Source: a virus (lineage: Duplodnaviria; Heunggongvirae; Uroviricota; Caudoviricetes). From it: a DNA stretch of 12,244 nt. Position numbers and translations under genes: made by a program. This document shows positions 1 to 6,047 of the stretch, one piece after another (positions within the stretch are counted from its first letter, which is position 1; each line of letters starts with the position of its first letter). The notes beneath the pieces are model-generated. The model was not told where the DNA came from. It saw nothing but the letters and a program-made list of their open reading frames with translations, and searched no databases. The DNA is taken from IMG/VR virus record IMGVR_UViG_2681813321_000010. The stretch is one strand, 5' to 3'.

Positions 1-138
1 TGCCTGGTGCCTCCAGGTGACGTTAACCAGTTAACAATTAACGCCGGATACAGAGAATCCACCCATAACACTGTTTTTGGTTTTAACTGTTCCGCGTGCG
101 CTCAGCCGCATTCACCGCATCACAAAATTCACTTTAAA

Positions 139-193
139 AACGGCGGCAGAGCAGTCACGGAGTAAAACTGATACCGCCAAACGTCACCAGAAA
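139..193 (-). ncRNA. dicF: DicF small RNA, copy 1: an FtsZ-translation-inhibiting sRNA with an intrinsic terminator at its 3' end.
   Basis: The minus-strand sequence is UUUCUGGUGACGUUUGGCGGUAUCAGUUUUACUCCGUGACUGCUCUGCCGCCGUUUUU. This matches my memory of the 53-nt E. coli DicF, apart from a possible 1-nt difference at the 3' end. It lies about 340 nt downstream of ydfC on the same strand, as in K-12 Qin. Confidence 0.8.
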
Positions 194-533
194 ATTGATA
201 ACAGAGGGCGTTGCAGCGGGGTTGTCGCTTAAGCGTATGGTCAACCTGACAACCCGGTGTCCTCAACGGGGAAGGAATAACCCCGCCATACTTACCGCCG
301 CGCCATTTCGCGGAGTGCCACAACCGGAAGCGCACGGTCGACGAAAATTTAACGACAGGCTATCTATGAACCAGCTACCTCGCCGTGCGCTTTCGCGTTA
401 TGGTCTGACTTTTCATGGAAATATCCTTTCAGTAAACTGTCAGTGCCGGATGCTCACCCATGTCCGGCGCACGCACTCCACCTCACCCGTGGAGAACTCC
501 TTAATTACCAACCTTAGCTTCGTTGGTTAGCTA

Positions 534-752
534 TTAACGCGGGTATGTAATCATTCTGGCAATGCTTAATGCCGCTGCTTTTTCCAGCCTGGTGATATCC
601 TGCTCCAGAGCGGACAGATTTTCAGCCTGCTTAGCCCTGGCTTCATTGGCCCATTTCAGATCCTGCGCTGCATTAATTTTCTGGCGCATCCACTCATAAA
701 GTTCATCATCGGTATAGTCTGGCGAGATGATGACGGGTTCTCGTTTCTGCAT
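534..752 (-). CDS. ydfC: YdfC-like small protein (72 aa) from the dicA-ydfABC-dicF operon.
   Basis: 72-aa ORF in the position and with the size of K-12 Qin ydfC, which follows ydfB and precedes dicF. The gene symbol rests on synteny and size, recalled from memory. Confidence 0.65.
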   Translation of the reverse strand: MQKREPVIISPDYTDDELYEWMRQKINAAQDLKWANEARAKQAENLSALEQDITRLEKAAALSIARMITYPR

Positions 753-781
753 ACTGATTCCTCGCGGTGCTGCTTCGCTTA

Positions 782-910
782 TCAGCCGTTAGATTTTGCC
801 GAGCTGGAAAGCGCCTGTTTAAACTCACTGAAGCTGAGAGCTTCTTCGCCTTCGGCAAGGCCTTCGAAGTATTCTTCGTAAGCCTTTTCCATGATTGTGT
901 CGAAATCCAT
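782..910 (-). CDS. ydfB: YdfB-like small protein (42 aa, MDFDTIMEKAYEEYFEGLAEGEEALSFSEFKQALSSSAKSNG).
   Basis: 42-codon ORF below the ORF-track size cut-off, translated by hand. A GGTGAG Shine-Dalgarno sits 5 nt upstream. Its start lies 1 nt from the ydfA stop, a translational-coupling arrangement. Size and synteny match K-12 ydfB. Confidence 0.6.
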   Translation of the reverse strand: MDFDTIMEKAYEEYFEGLAEGEEALSFSEFKQALSSSAKSNG

Positions 911-911
911 A

Positions 912-1067
912 TCACTCACCTGAGTTTCTTTCCAGCCAGCGACGGGCACCATTTTCGGTTTTAAACGTTTTGCTTCTGGTATACGTCATCGCGGTAAACG
1001 TGCCGTCCTGGTTGGGAAACACGCCGTACACCAGAGATTCGTTGTTGCCAAGATCGATAGTATCCAT
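912..1067 (-). CDS. ydfA: YdfA-like small protein (51 aa, MDTIDLGNNESLVYGVFPNQDGTFTAMTYTRSKTFKTENGARRWLERNSGE).
   Basis: An internal ATG preceded by GAGG, giving a 51-aa product that matches K-12 ydfA in length. The ORF-track entry 912..1121 is an N-terminally over-extended version. The gene sits immediately downstream of dicA on the same strand. Confidence 0.65.
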   Translation of the reverse strand: MDTIDLGNNESLVYGVFPNQDGTFTAMTYTRSKTFKTENGARRWLERNSGE

Positions 1068-1147
1068 GCTGACCTCATTTCCCCTTAACGCTGGGGTAGC
1101 GGAACTGTTTGCTGAGAACACCGTGCGGTGTGTTGATGCAAATAAGA

Positions 1148-1199
1148 TTAGCCATGGCTAACATATAGGTCAAGTGATTTTGTATGTTATGGCTAACAT
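1148..1199. promoter_or_regulatory. Operator-like palindromes distal to dicA: TTAGCcatgGCTAA (1148-1161) and ATGTTAtggcTAACAT (1184-1199).
   Basis: Both are exact inverted repeats. The half-site core TTAG(C/T)/(G/A)CTAA recurs in the dicA-dicC intergenic region. Confidence 0.45.
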
Positions 1200-1233
1200 G
1201 ATTGATGTGGTAAAAGATAACTCATTGATGATG

Positions 1234-1641
1234 TTATCTTTTATTTGTCCGCTGACGGGCTTTTAGTAATTCTTCAAAGAGTTTATTGAAGTTTTTTACT
1301 CGAGCTCGCATTTCGGCGAGCTGGGTATCCTGTTCTGATTCTGGCAGTGCATTAAACAGCTCAAGGAGCTCTAGTTCTTTGGGGGATAAGGCAACTGGCT
1401 TCTCAACAGGTGGTGTTGGTTGCTTGTCTTCATCGCCAAATAGAATCCATGTTGGTGAGCATTGCAATACTTTGCTGAGGGCAAAAAGGTTCTTCCCTGT
1501 AGGTTCACTATCATCCCGTTCCCATTGTGATACAGACACATGGGAGATTTTCAGGGCTTTAGCAAGAGACCTTTGGGTGTGTTTGAGGTTTTTCCGACGA
1601 TACCTAATGCGTTCGCCGATAGTTAAATTTTTTGTTTCCAT
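1234..1641 (-). CDS. dicA: DicA repressor. It is an XRE-family HTH protein of 135 aa with no C-terminal S24 autopeptidase domain.
   Basis: The translation METKNLTIGERIRYRRKNLKHTQRSLAKALKISHVSVSQWERDD... is recognised as E. coli DicA. It is transcribed divergently from dicC. Confidence 0.9.
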   Translation of the reverse strand: METKNLTIGERIRYRRKNLKHTQRSLAKALKISHVSVSQWERDDSEPTGKNLFALSKVLQCSPTWILFGDEDKQPTPPVEKPVALSPKELELLELFNALPESEQDTQLAEMRARVKNFNKLFEELLKARQRTNKR

Positions 1642-1643
1642 AG

Positions 1644-1710
1644 TTAGCTAATGCTAAATCGTATTGACTATGTTTTTGTTAACATCTATTTTGTTAGTTA
1701 TGACTAACAA
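1644..1710. promoter_or_regulatory. dicA/dicC divergent control region. Contains palindromes TTAGCtaatGCTAA (1644-1657), TGTTAACA (1674-1681) and the perfect 8+4+8 palindrome TTGTTAGTtatgACTAACAA (1691-1710). Also contains a candidate PdicC: TTGACT (1664-1669), a 17-bp spacer and TATTTT (1687-1692).
   Basis: The inverted repeats and the -35/-10 spacing were read directly from the sequence. The 20-bp palindrome overlaps the -10/+1 of the putative dicC promoter. Confidence 0.5.
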
Positions 1711-1724
1711 TAAAGGTGTTTTAA

Positions 1725-1955
1725 ATGCTTAAAACTGACGCTCTTTTGTATTTCGGTTCAAAAACAAAACTTGCACAAGCAGCAGGTATTCGTTTGGCTT
1801 CGCTTTATAGCTGGAAAGGGGATTTAGTTCCCGAAGGTCGCGCGATGCGTCTACAGGAGGCATCTGGCGGGGAGCTTCAGTATGATCCCAAAGTTTATGA
1901 TGAATATCGTAAGACGAAGCGGGCGGGGCGGTTGAACAATGAAAATCACTCCTGA
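1725..1955 (+). CDS. dicC: DicC, a Cro-like HTH regulator of 76 aa.
   Basis: MLKTDALLYFGSKTKLAQAAGIRLASLYSW... is recognised as DicC. AAAGGTG Shine-Dalgarno upstream. Divergent from dicA. Confidence 0.85.
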   Translation: MLKTDALLYFGSKTKLAQAAGIRLASLYSWKGDLVPEGRAMRLQEASGGELQYDPKVYDEYRKTKRAGRLNNENHS

Positions 1956-2460
1956 ACAGGCTCGTGAGGCTCTGGATGCCTGGATATGTCGACCAGGAAT
2001 GACACAGGAGCAGGCGACGATATTAATCACTGAAGCATTCTGGGCTTTGAAAGAGCGCCCGAACATCGATGTTCAGCGTGTCACAGATGAAGGTGGCGCG
2101 GTTGATCAGCGAGCGCTTGGCGTTAATCGAGTGAAGATATTCGAACGCTGGAAGGCTATCGACACCAGGGATAAGCGTGAAAAGTTCACGGCGCTAGTGC
2201 CTGCGATTATGGAGGCTATCCGGATTAGTGATTTCAGGTTGTATCGTGAGATCAGTGATGGAAAAAGTATTACGTACATGATCGCCGGGTTAAATAAAGA
2301 ATATGGCGATGTGGTGGAATCCGGACTGCTTTTTGCAGATCCTGCCGTTGTAGATCGTGAAACTGACGAACTTATAGAAAAAGCAATTGCTTTCAAGCTT
2401 GCGTATCGACAGCAATACCAACAAAAAGCTGGATGGAATTATGAGTCTTCTTTTTGCTGA
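1939..2460 (+). CDS. ydfX: YdfX-like early-operon protein of 173 aa. It overlaps the dicC stop by 17 nt, which suggests translational coupling. Function unknown; possibly a CII/YdaT-like regulator.
   Basis: Long ORF with a start inside the dicC 3' end, paralogous to 6316..6837. In K-12 a truncated pseudogene, ydfX, directly follows dicC. The symbol rests on that synteny, recalled from memory. Confidence 0.6.
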   Translation: MKITPEQAREALDAWICRPGMTQEQATILITEAFWALKERPNIDVQRVTDEGGAVDQRALGVNRVKIFERWKAIDTRDKREKFTALVPAIMEAIRISDFRLYREISDGKSITYMIAGLNKEYGDVVESGLLFADPAVVDRETDELIEKAIAFKLAYRQQYQQKAGWNYESSFC

Positions 2461-3406
2461 ACGCCCACTGGTTATAAACACGCAGCTGGCAATGAAAATT
2501 GGCTTAAACGAAGCCATTGTTTTGCAACAACTGCACTACTGGTTGAGAGATACCAACTCCGGCATGGAATGTGATGGTGTTCGCTGGATTTATAACACAA
2601 CGGAACAATGGCTGGAACAGTTCCCATTCTGGTCAGAGTCAACGTTAAAGCGCGCGTTTGCAAGTCTGAAAACGCTGGGGCTTTTGCGTTGTGAAAAGCT
2701 CAATAAATCAAAGCGCGATATGACCAATTTCTACACGATCAACTACGGGAGCGAGCTTTTAGATGGTGGCAAATTGAGCGAATCCATCGGTTTAAAATGC
2801 GCCGCTCCATCAGGTCAAAATGACACGATGGAAGAGGTCAAAATGAAACGCTCCATTGGTTCAAAACGACTCAATGTCATCGGGTCAAAATGGCCTGATG
2901 ATCTTACAGAGAATACAACAGAGATTACTACAGAGAATAAAAAGACTTCTCGTCCGGAAGCTTCGCAACCGGACCCGCAGACGGTTGAACAGGATTTTTT
3001 AACCCGACACCCTGACGCGGTTGTGTTCAGTGCGAAAAAACGCCAGTGGGGCAGCCAGGAAGATTTGGCGTGTGCGCAGTGGATCTGGGGGCGAATCGTG
3101 AGTCTTTACGAGCAGGCCGCCAGCGATGATGGCGAGATTTCGCGACCGAAAGAACCCAACTGGACCGCATGGGCCAACGACGTGCGCACAATGCGGATGC
3201 TGGATGGCAGAACTCACAGACAAATTTGTGAAATGTTTGGTCGGGTGCAGCGGGATCCATTCTGGGTAAAAAATATCATGAGTCCGTCAAAGCTTCGCGA
3301 AAAATGGGATGAACTGGTTATCCGCCTGGGGCGTTCGTCTGTACAGCGTTGTGTGAATCATATTTCTGAGCCGGATACCGAAATTCCGCCGGGCTTCAGG
3401 GGGTAA
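2441..3406 (+). CDS. Lambda-O-like replication initiator or replisome organizer (321 aa from ATG 2441). Its N-terminal domain is winged-helix-like, a low-complexity linker is encoded by the iteron array, and a C-terminal domain follows.
   Basis: The ORF track gives a TTG start at 2387, but the ATG at 2441 overlaps the upstream stop by 20 nt and is the likelier start. The N-terminus LVINTQLAMKIGLNEAIVLQQLHYWL is typical of phage replication initiators. The in-gene iterons plus the AT-rich tract mirror the ori inside lambda gene O. Confidence 0.7.
   Translation: MSLLFAERPLVINTQLAMKIGLNEAIVLQQLHYWLRDTNSGMECDGVRWIYNTTEQWLEQFPFWSESTLKRAFASLKTLGLLRCEKLNKSKRDMTNFYTINYGSELLDGGKLSESIGLKCAAPSGQNDTMEEVKMKRSIGSKRLNVIGSKWPDDLTENTTEITTENKKTSRPEASQPDPQTVEQDFLTRHPDAVVFSAKKRQWGSQEDLACAQWIWGRIVSLYEQAASDDGEISRPKEPNWTAWANDVRTMRMLDGRTHRQICEMFGRVQRDPFWVKNIMSPSKLREKWDELVIRLGRSSVQRCVNHISEPDTEIPPGFRG
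2789..2950. repeat. ori-like iteron array inside the O-like gene. Five GGT(C/T)(A/T)AAA(T/C)G repeats with 22-25 bp periodicity (starts 2789, 2813, 2836, 2858, 2883), followed by an AT-rich ACAGAGAATA-repeat tract (2901-2950).
   Basis: Counted directly from the sequence. The encoded protein shows the matching repeats GQN/SIGSKR/VIGSKW. Confidence 0.6.
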
Positions 3407-3446
3407 GTGTTAATTTCTGGTCATGAGGTAATTTTCAGGAGGGCTT

Positions 3447-3869
3447 GTGGCAAAAGTTTTTACACAAGAAGAGCGGGAAAAAATTAAAGGGCAGGTTGTT
3501 GAACTCGTACGCCGGAGTGGGCGTGAGACGTTACGGCAACTGGAAGTCAAGACAGGTGCGACAAGATATCTGATGAGCGTTCTCGCAAGAGAGCTGGTTG
3601 CCAGCGGCGATGTATACAACTCTGGTTACGGGTTATTCCCGTCTGAACAGGCGCGTAAGGACTGGCAAAATGCCCGTAAAAAGCTCTCAAGGGCAAAGCT
3701 GAAGGAACCATCTGCGGTTGATCCGGACCTTATCTGGTCATTACCTGACGGAGAAATACGTCGCTACGACAGGCGTCAGAACATAATCTGTCGCGAGTGC
3801 CGGAAGAGTGAAGTTATGCAGCGCATACTAGCATTCTATCAGGGAAATGCTCGATATTTATTGAAGTGA
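3447..3869 (+). CDS. Conserved 140-aa protein downstream of the O-like gene. GTG start; function unknown. It occupies the position where a helicase loader (P/DnaC-like) would be expected.
   Basis: AGGAGGG Shine-Dalgarno 6 nt upstream of the GTG. Paralogue 7824..8231 is about 90% identical. Basic C-terminus with a single CxxC. Confidence 0.6.
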   Translation: MAKVFTQEEREKIKGQVVELVRRSGRETLRQLEVKTGATRYLMSVLARELVASGDVYNSGYGLFPSEQARKDWQNARKKLSRAKLKEPSAVDPDLIWSLPDGEIRRYDRRQNIICRECRKSEVMQRILAFYQGNARYLLK

Positions 3870-4121
3870 TGAGATTAAAGTTTATTAGTTCAGATATTGA
3901 TTGGCTCTTTTGTGGAGTAGGGTAGAGTTAGTGTGTTTGTCTGCTTGGTGCCAGCAGCGGATATGTTTAACAACAGAAAGCATTCAGCATGGTTAGTGGA
4001 TTTGCAAAGTGGATTAGGATTTGAGAAACTTTGATGAAGTTGTAAAGCTTGTTTCTATAAAAATAGAAATTTAACTAATAGTTAAACACACCTCCAGCTT
4101 CATTGAAAAGGATTATTAGCT

Positions 4122-4547
4122 ATGATTGATCCACTTATTAGAAACTTACAGAGTGATATTGCACTACTCCAGCTTTATATCGCGCAACGCAAACAGGCAG
4201 GCTTTCATGACATGGAAAGAATAATTGAGTCATTGACCATCTTTATGTTTCGCGCGCTGAAAATGGGTGAACTGGTAAACATGAATCAGATTAAAGTTAA
4301 TTTTCCCGCCATTGATTTAGCTGATAATAAAAACATGATAGCAGTTCAAGTTACTACGAATGCAAGTCCAGCAAAAATTAAAAAAACTATCGAATCTTTT
4401 GAGAAAATAAATGAAATAGGAGAGAGTCTGAAAGATAAATACTCTACTTTATATATTTTTGGTTTTAACTGTTCCGCGTGCGCTCAGCCGCATTCACCGC
4501 ATCACAAAATTCACTTTAAAAACGGCGGCAGAGCAGTCACGGAGTAA
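4122..4547 (+). CDS. AT-rich 141-aa ORF, possibly a truncated or chimeric N-terminal domain of an abortive-infection-type protein. It tentatively resembles a SMEK-type N-terminal domain. The last ~30 codons are encoded by the direct repeat.
   Basis: AAGGA Shine-Dalgarno 9 nt upstream. GC content is visibly far below the flanking sequence. The region from 4456 onward is shared with 74-165, where a different upstream reading frame fuses to the same tail FGFNCSACAQPHSPHHKIHFKNGGRAVTE. The stop codon lies inside the DicF copy-2 terminator on the opposite strand. Confidence 0.5.
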   Translation: MIDPLIRNLQSDIALLQLYIAQRKQAGFHDMERIIESLTIFMFRALKMGELVNMNQIKVNFPAIDLADNKNMIAVQVTTNASPAKIKKTIESFEKINEIGESLKDKYSTLYIFGFNCSACAQPHSPHHKIHFKNGGRAVTE

Positions 4548-4575
4548 AACTGATACCGCCAAACGTCACCAGAAA
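4521..4575 (-). ncRNA. dicF: DicF small RNA, copy 2. Identical to copy 1.
   Basis: Same sequence as 139-193, offset 4382. Confidence 0.8.
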
Positions 4576-4915
4576 ATTGATAACAGAGGGCGTTGCAGCG
4601 GGGTTGTCGCTTAAGCGTATGGTCAACCTGACAACCCGGTGTCCTCAACGGGGAAGGAATAACCCCGCCATACTTACCGCCGCGCCATTTCGCGGAGTGC
4701 CACAACCGGAAGCGCACGGTCGACGAAAATTTAACGACAGGCTATCTATGAACCAGCTACCTCGCCGTGCGCTTTCGCGTTATGGTCTGACTTTTCATGG
4801 AAATATCCTTTCAGTAAACTGTCAGTGCCGGATGCTCACCCATGTCCGGCGCACGCACTCCACCTCACCCGTGGAGAACTCCTTAATTACCAACCTTAGC
4901 TTCGTTGGTTAGCTA

Positions 4916-5134
4916 TTAACGCGGGTATGTAATCATTCTGGCAATGCTTAATGCCGCTGCTTTTTCCAGCCTGGTGATATCCTGCTCCAGAGCGGACAGA
5001 TTTTCAGCCTGCTTAGCCCTGGCTTCATTGGCCCATTTCAGATCCTGCGCTGCATTAATTTTCTGGCGCATCCACTCATAAAGTTCATCATCGGTATAGT
5101 CTGGCGAGATGATGACGGGTTCTCGTTTCTGCAT
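4916..5134 (-). CDS. ydfC: YdfC-like protein, copy 2. Identical to copy 1.
   Basis: Identical translation to 534..752. Confidence 0.65.
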   Translation of the reverse strand: MQKREPVIISPDYTDDELYEWMRQKINAAQDLKWANEARAKQAENLSALEQDITRLEKAAALSIARMITYPR

Positions 5135-5163
5135 ACTGATTCCTCGCGGTGCTGCTTCGCTTA

Positions 5164-5292
5164 TCAGCCGTTAGATTTTGCCGAGCTGGAAAGCGCCTGT
5201 TTAAACTCACTGAAGCTGAGAGCTTCTTCGCCTTCGGCAAGGCCTTCGAAGTATTCTTCGTAAGCCTTTTCCATGATTGTGTCGAAATCCAT
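5164..5292 (-). CDS. ydfB: YdfB-like 42-aa protein, copy 2.
   Basis: Offset copy of 782..910. Confidence 0.6.
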   Translation of the reverse strand: MDFDTIMEKAYEEYFEGLAEGEEALSFSEFKQALSSSAKSNG

Positions 5293-5293
5293 A

Positions 5294-5449
5294 TCACTCA
5301 CCTGAGTTTCTTTCCAGCCAGCGACGGGCACCATTTTCGGTTTTAAACGTTTTGCTTCTGGTATACGTCATCGCGGTAAACGTGCCGTCCTGGTTGGGAA
5401 ACACGCCGCATACCAGAGATTCGTTGTTGCCAAGATCGATAGTATTCAT
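5294..5449 (-). CDS. ydfA: YdfA-like 51-aa protein, copy 2 (D2N and Y14C relative to copy 1).
   Basis: Offset copy of 912..1067. The two amino-acid differences fall in the substitution cluster near the repeat boundary. Confidence 0.65.
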   Translation of the reverse strand: MNTIDLGNNESLVCGVFPNQDGTFTAMTYTRSKTFKTENGARRWLERNSGE

Positions 5450-5561
5450 GCTGACCTCATTTCCCCTTAACGCCGGGGTAGCGGAACTGTTTGCTGAGAA
5501 CACCGTGCGGTGTCTTGGTGGAGATTAATTTAGAATAACCTAACAAATGTAGCAAGTATTT

Positions 5562-5581
5562 TTGTTAGATTGGTCTAACAA
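5562..5581. promoter_or_regulatory. Operator-like 8+4+8 palindrome TTGTTAGAttggTCTAACAA distal to dicA'. An additional CCTAACAA half-site lies at 5539-5546.
   Basis: Exact inverted repeat. It has the same architecture as the module-A sites but different specificity positions (GA/TC instead of GT/AC). Confidence 0.45.
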
Positions 5582-5616
5582 AAAGAGTGAGGGAATCTAA
5601 GTATCTGAAAGGAGTG

Positions 5617-6024
5617 TTATTTTATTGATTTGTTTTTACGTGCTTTAAGCATTTCTTCGAAGAGTTTATTGAAATTCTCTACTCTTGCGCGCATTTCAGA
5701 CAGTAAGGCTTCCTGCTCGGAGGAGGGAAGAGCATCGAATAATTCGATCAATTCTTTGTGGCTGGGAGTTAACTCGGTTTCCACATGAAGTTCTTGTGCT
5801 GGCACTGGTGCCTTGTCTTCGTCACCAAACATTAGCCATGTAGGCGAGCACTTCAGCGCATCAGCTAAAGCAAATAACCGCTTCCCGACCGGTTGGGTTT
5901 CGTCTCTTTCCCATTGTGAAATTGTGACGTGAGCTACCCCAGCGAGGCGTGCAGCTTCTCGTTGTGTTAGGCGTAATTCTTTTCGTCGTGCCAGAACTCG
6001 CTGGCCTAGGGTTCTTGTATCCAT
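5617..6024 (-). CDS. Second, hetero-immune DicA-type repressor (135 aa). It has a different HTH recognition region and is about 55% identical to DicA.
   Basis: MDTRTLGQRVLARRKELRLTQREAARLAGVAHVTISQWERDE... shows the same domain layout and C-terminal half as DicA. The N-terminal DNA-binding half is substituted. Confidence 0.85.
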   Translation of the reverse strand: MDTRTLGQRVLARRKELRLTQREAARLAGVAHVTISQWERDETQPVGKRLFALADALKCSPTWLMFGDEDKAPVPAQELHVETELTPSHKELIELFDALPSSEQEALLSEMRARVENFNKLFEEMLKARKNKSIK

Positions 6025-6047
6025 AGTTAGGTAATTCTAATTTTTCT

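Larger units (their letters stand above)
74..1131. repeat. Left copy of a ~1.06 kb direct repeat (partner 4456-5513, offset 4382). It is identical over the first ~930 bp, and 5 substitutions cluster in the last ~130 bp near ydfA.
   Basis: Direct comparison of the two stretches in the sequence. The ORF-track pairs 129..335/4511..4717, 195..530/4577..4912 and 534..752/4916..5134 give identical translations. Similarity decays at about 1131/5513. Confidence 0.95.
4456..5513. repeat. Right copy of the ~1.06 kb direct repeat (partner 74-1131).
   Basis: See left copy. Confidence 0.95.

Noticed and set aside
129-335. 68-aa minus-strand ORF overlapping DicF (duplicate 4511..4717)
   Set aside because: It completely overlaps the DicF sRNA and its terminator. 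The translation is Trp/Arg/Cys-rich and implausible as a protein. It is not DicB, which I recall as starting MKTLLPNVNTSEG....
195-530. 111-aa plus-strand ORF (and its duplicate 4577..4912) in the ydfC-dicF spacer
   Set aside because: It lies in the spacer that forms the processed dicF precursor transcript on the opposite strand. It has no Shine-Dalgarno and an Arg/Pro/His-rich composition typical of a non-coding frame. It is more likely structured RNA, with hairpins at 447-476 and 509-527.
706-1161. ORF-track entries 706..915(-), 767..964(+) and 895..1161(+), and their duplicates
   Set aside because: They are alternative-frame or antisense overlaps of the hand-verified ydfB and ydfA genes. 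They have no Shine-Dalgarno and low-complexity basic translations.
1286-1651. 121-aa plus-strand ORF antisense to dicA
   Set aside because: It lies entirely inside the well-supported dicA CDS on the other strand. Ser/Arg-rich antisense frame.
1851-2663. Minus-strand ORFs 1851..2066, 2106..2396, 2290..2517 and 2472..2663 (and module-B equivalents 6027..6443, 6483..6773, 6667..6894 and 6849..7040)
   Set aside because: They are antisense to the dicC/ydfX/O-like operon, whose genes are conserved in both modules. The antisense translations vary freely between the copies, so they are not under selection.
2999-3260. Minus-strand ORFs inside the O-like gene (2999..3223, 3027..3260; also 7376..7600 and 7483..7698) and the plus-strand ORF 7197..7379
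   Set aside because: They are shadow frames within a conserved coding gene.
3410-3619. 69-aa minus-strand ORF over the start of the 140-aa gene
   Set aside because: Antisense to a gene that has a consensus Shine-Dalgarno. No start context of its own.
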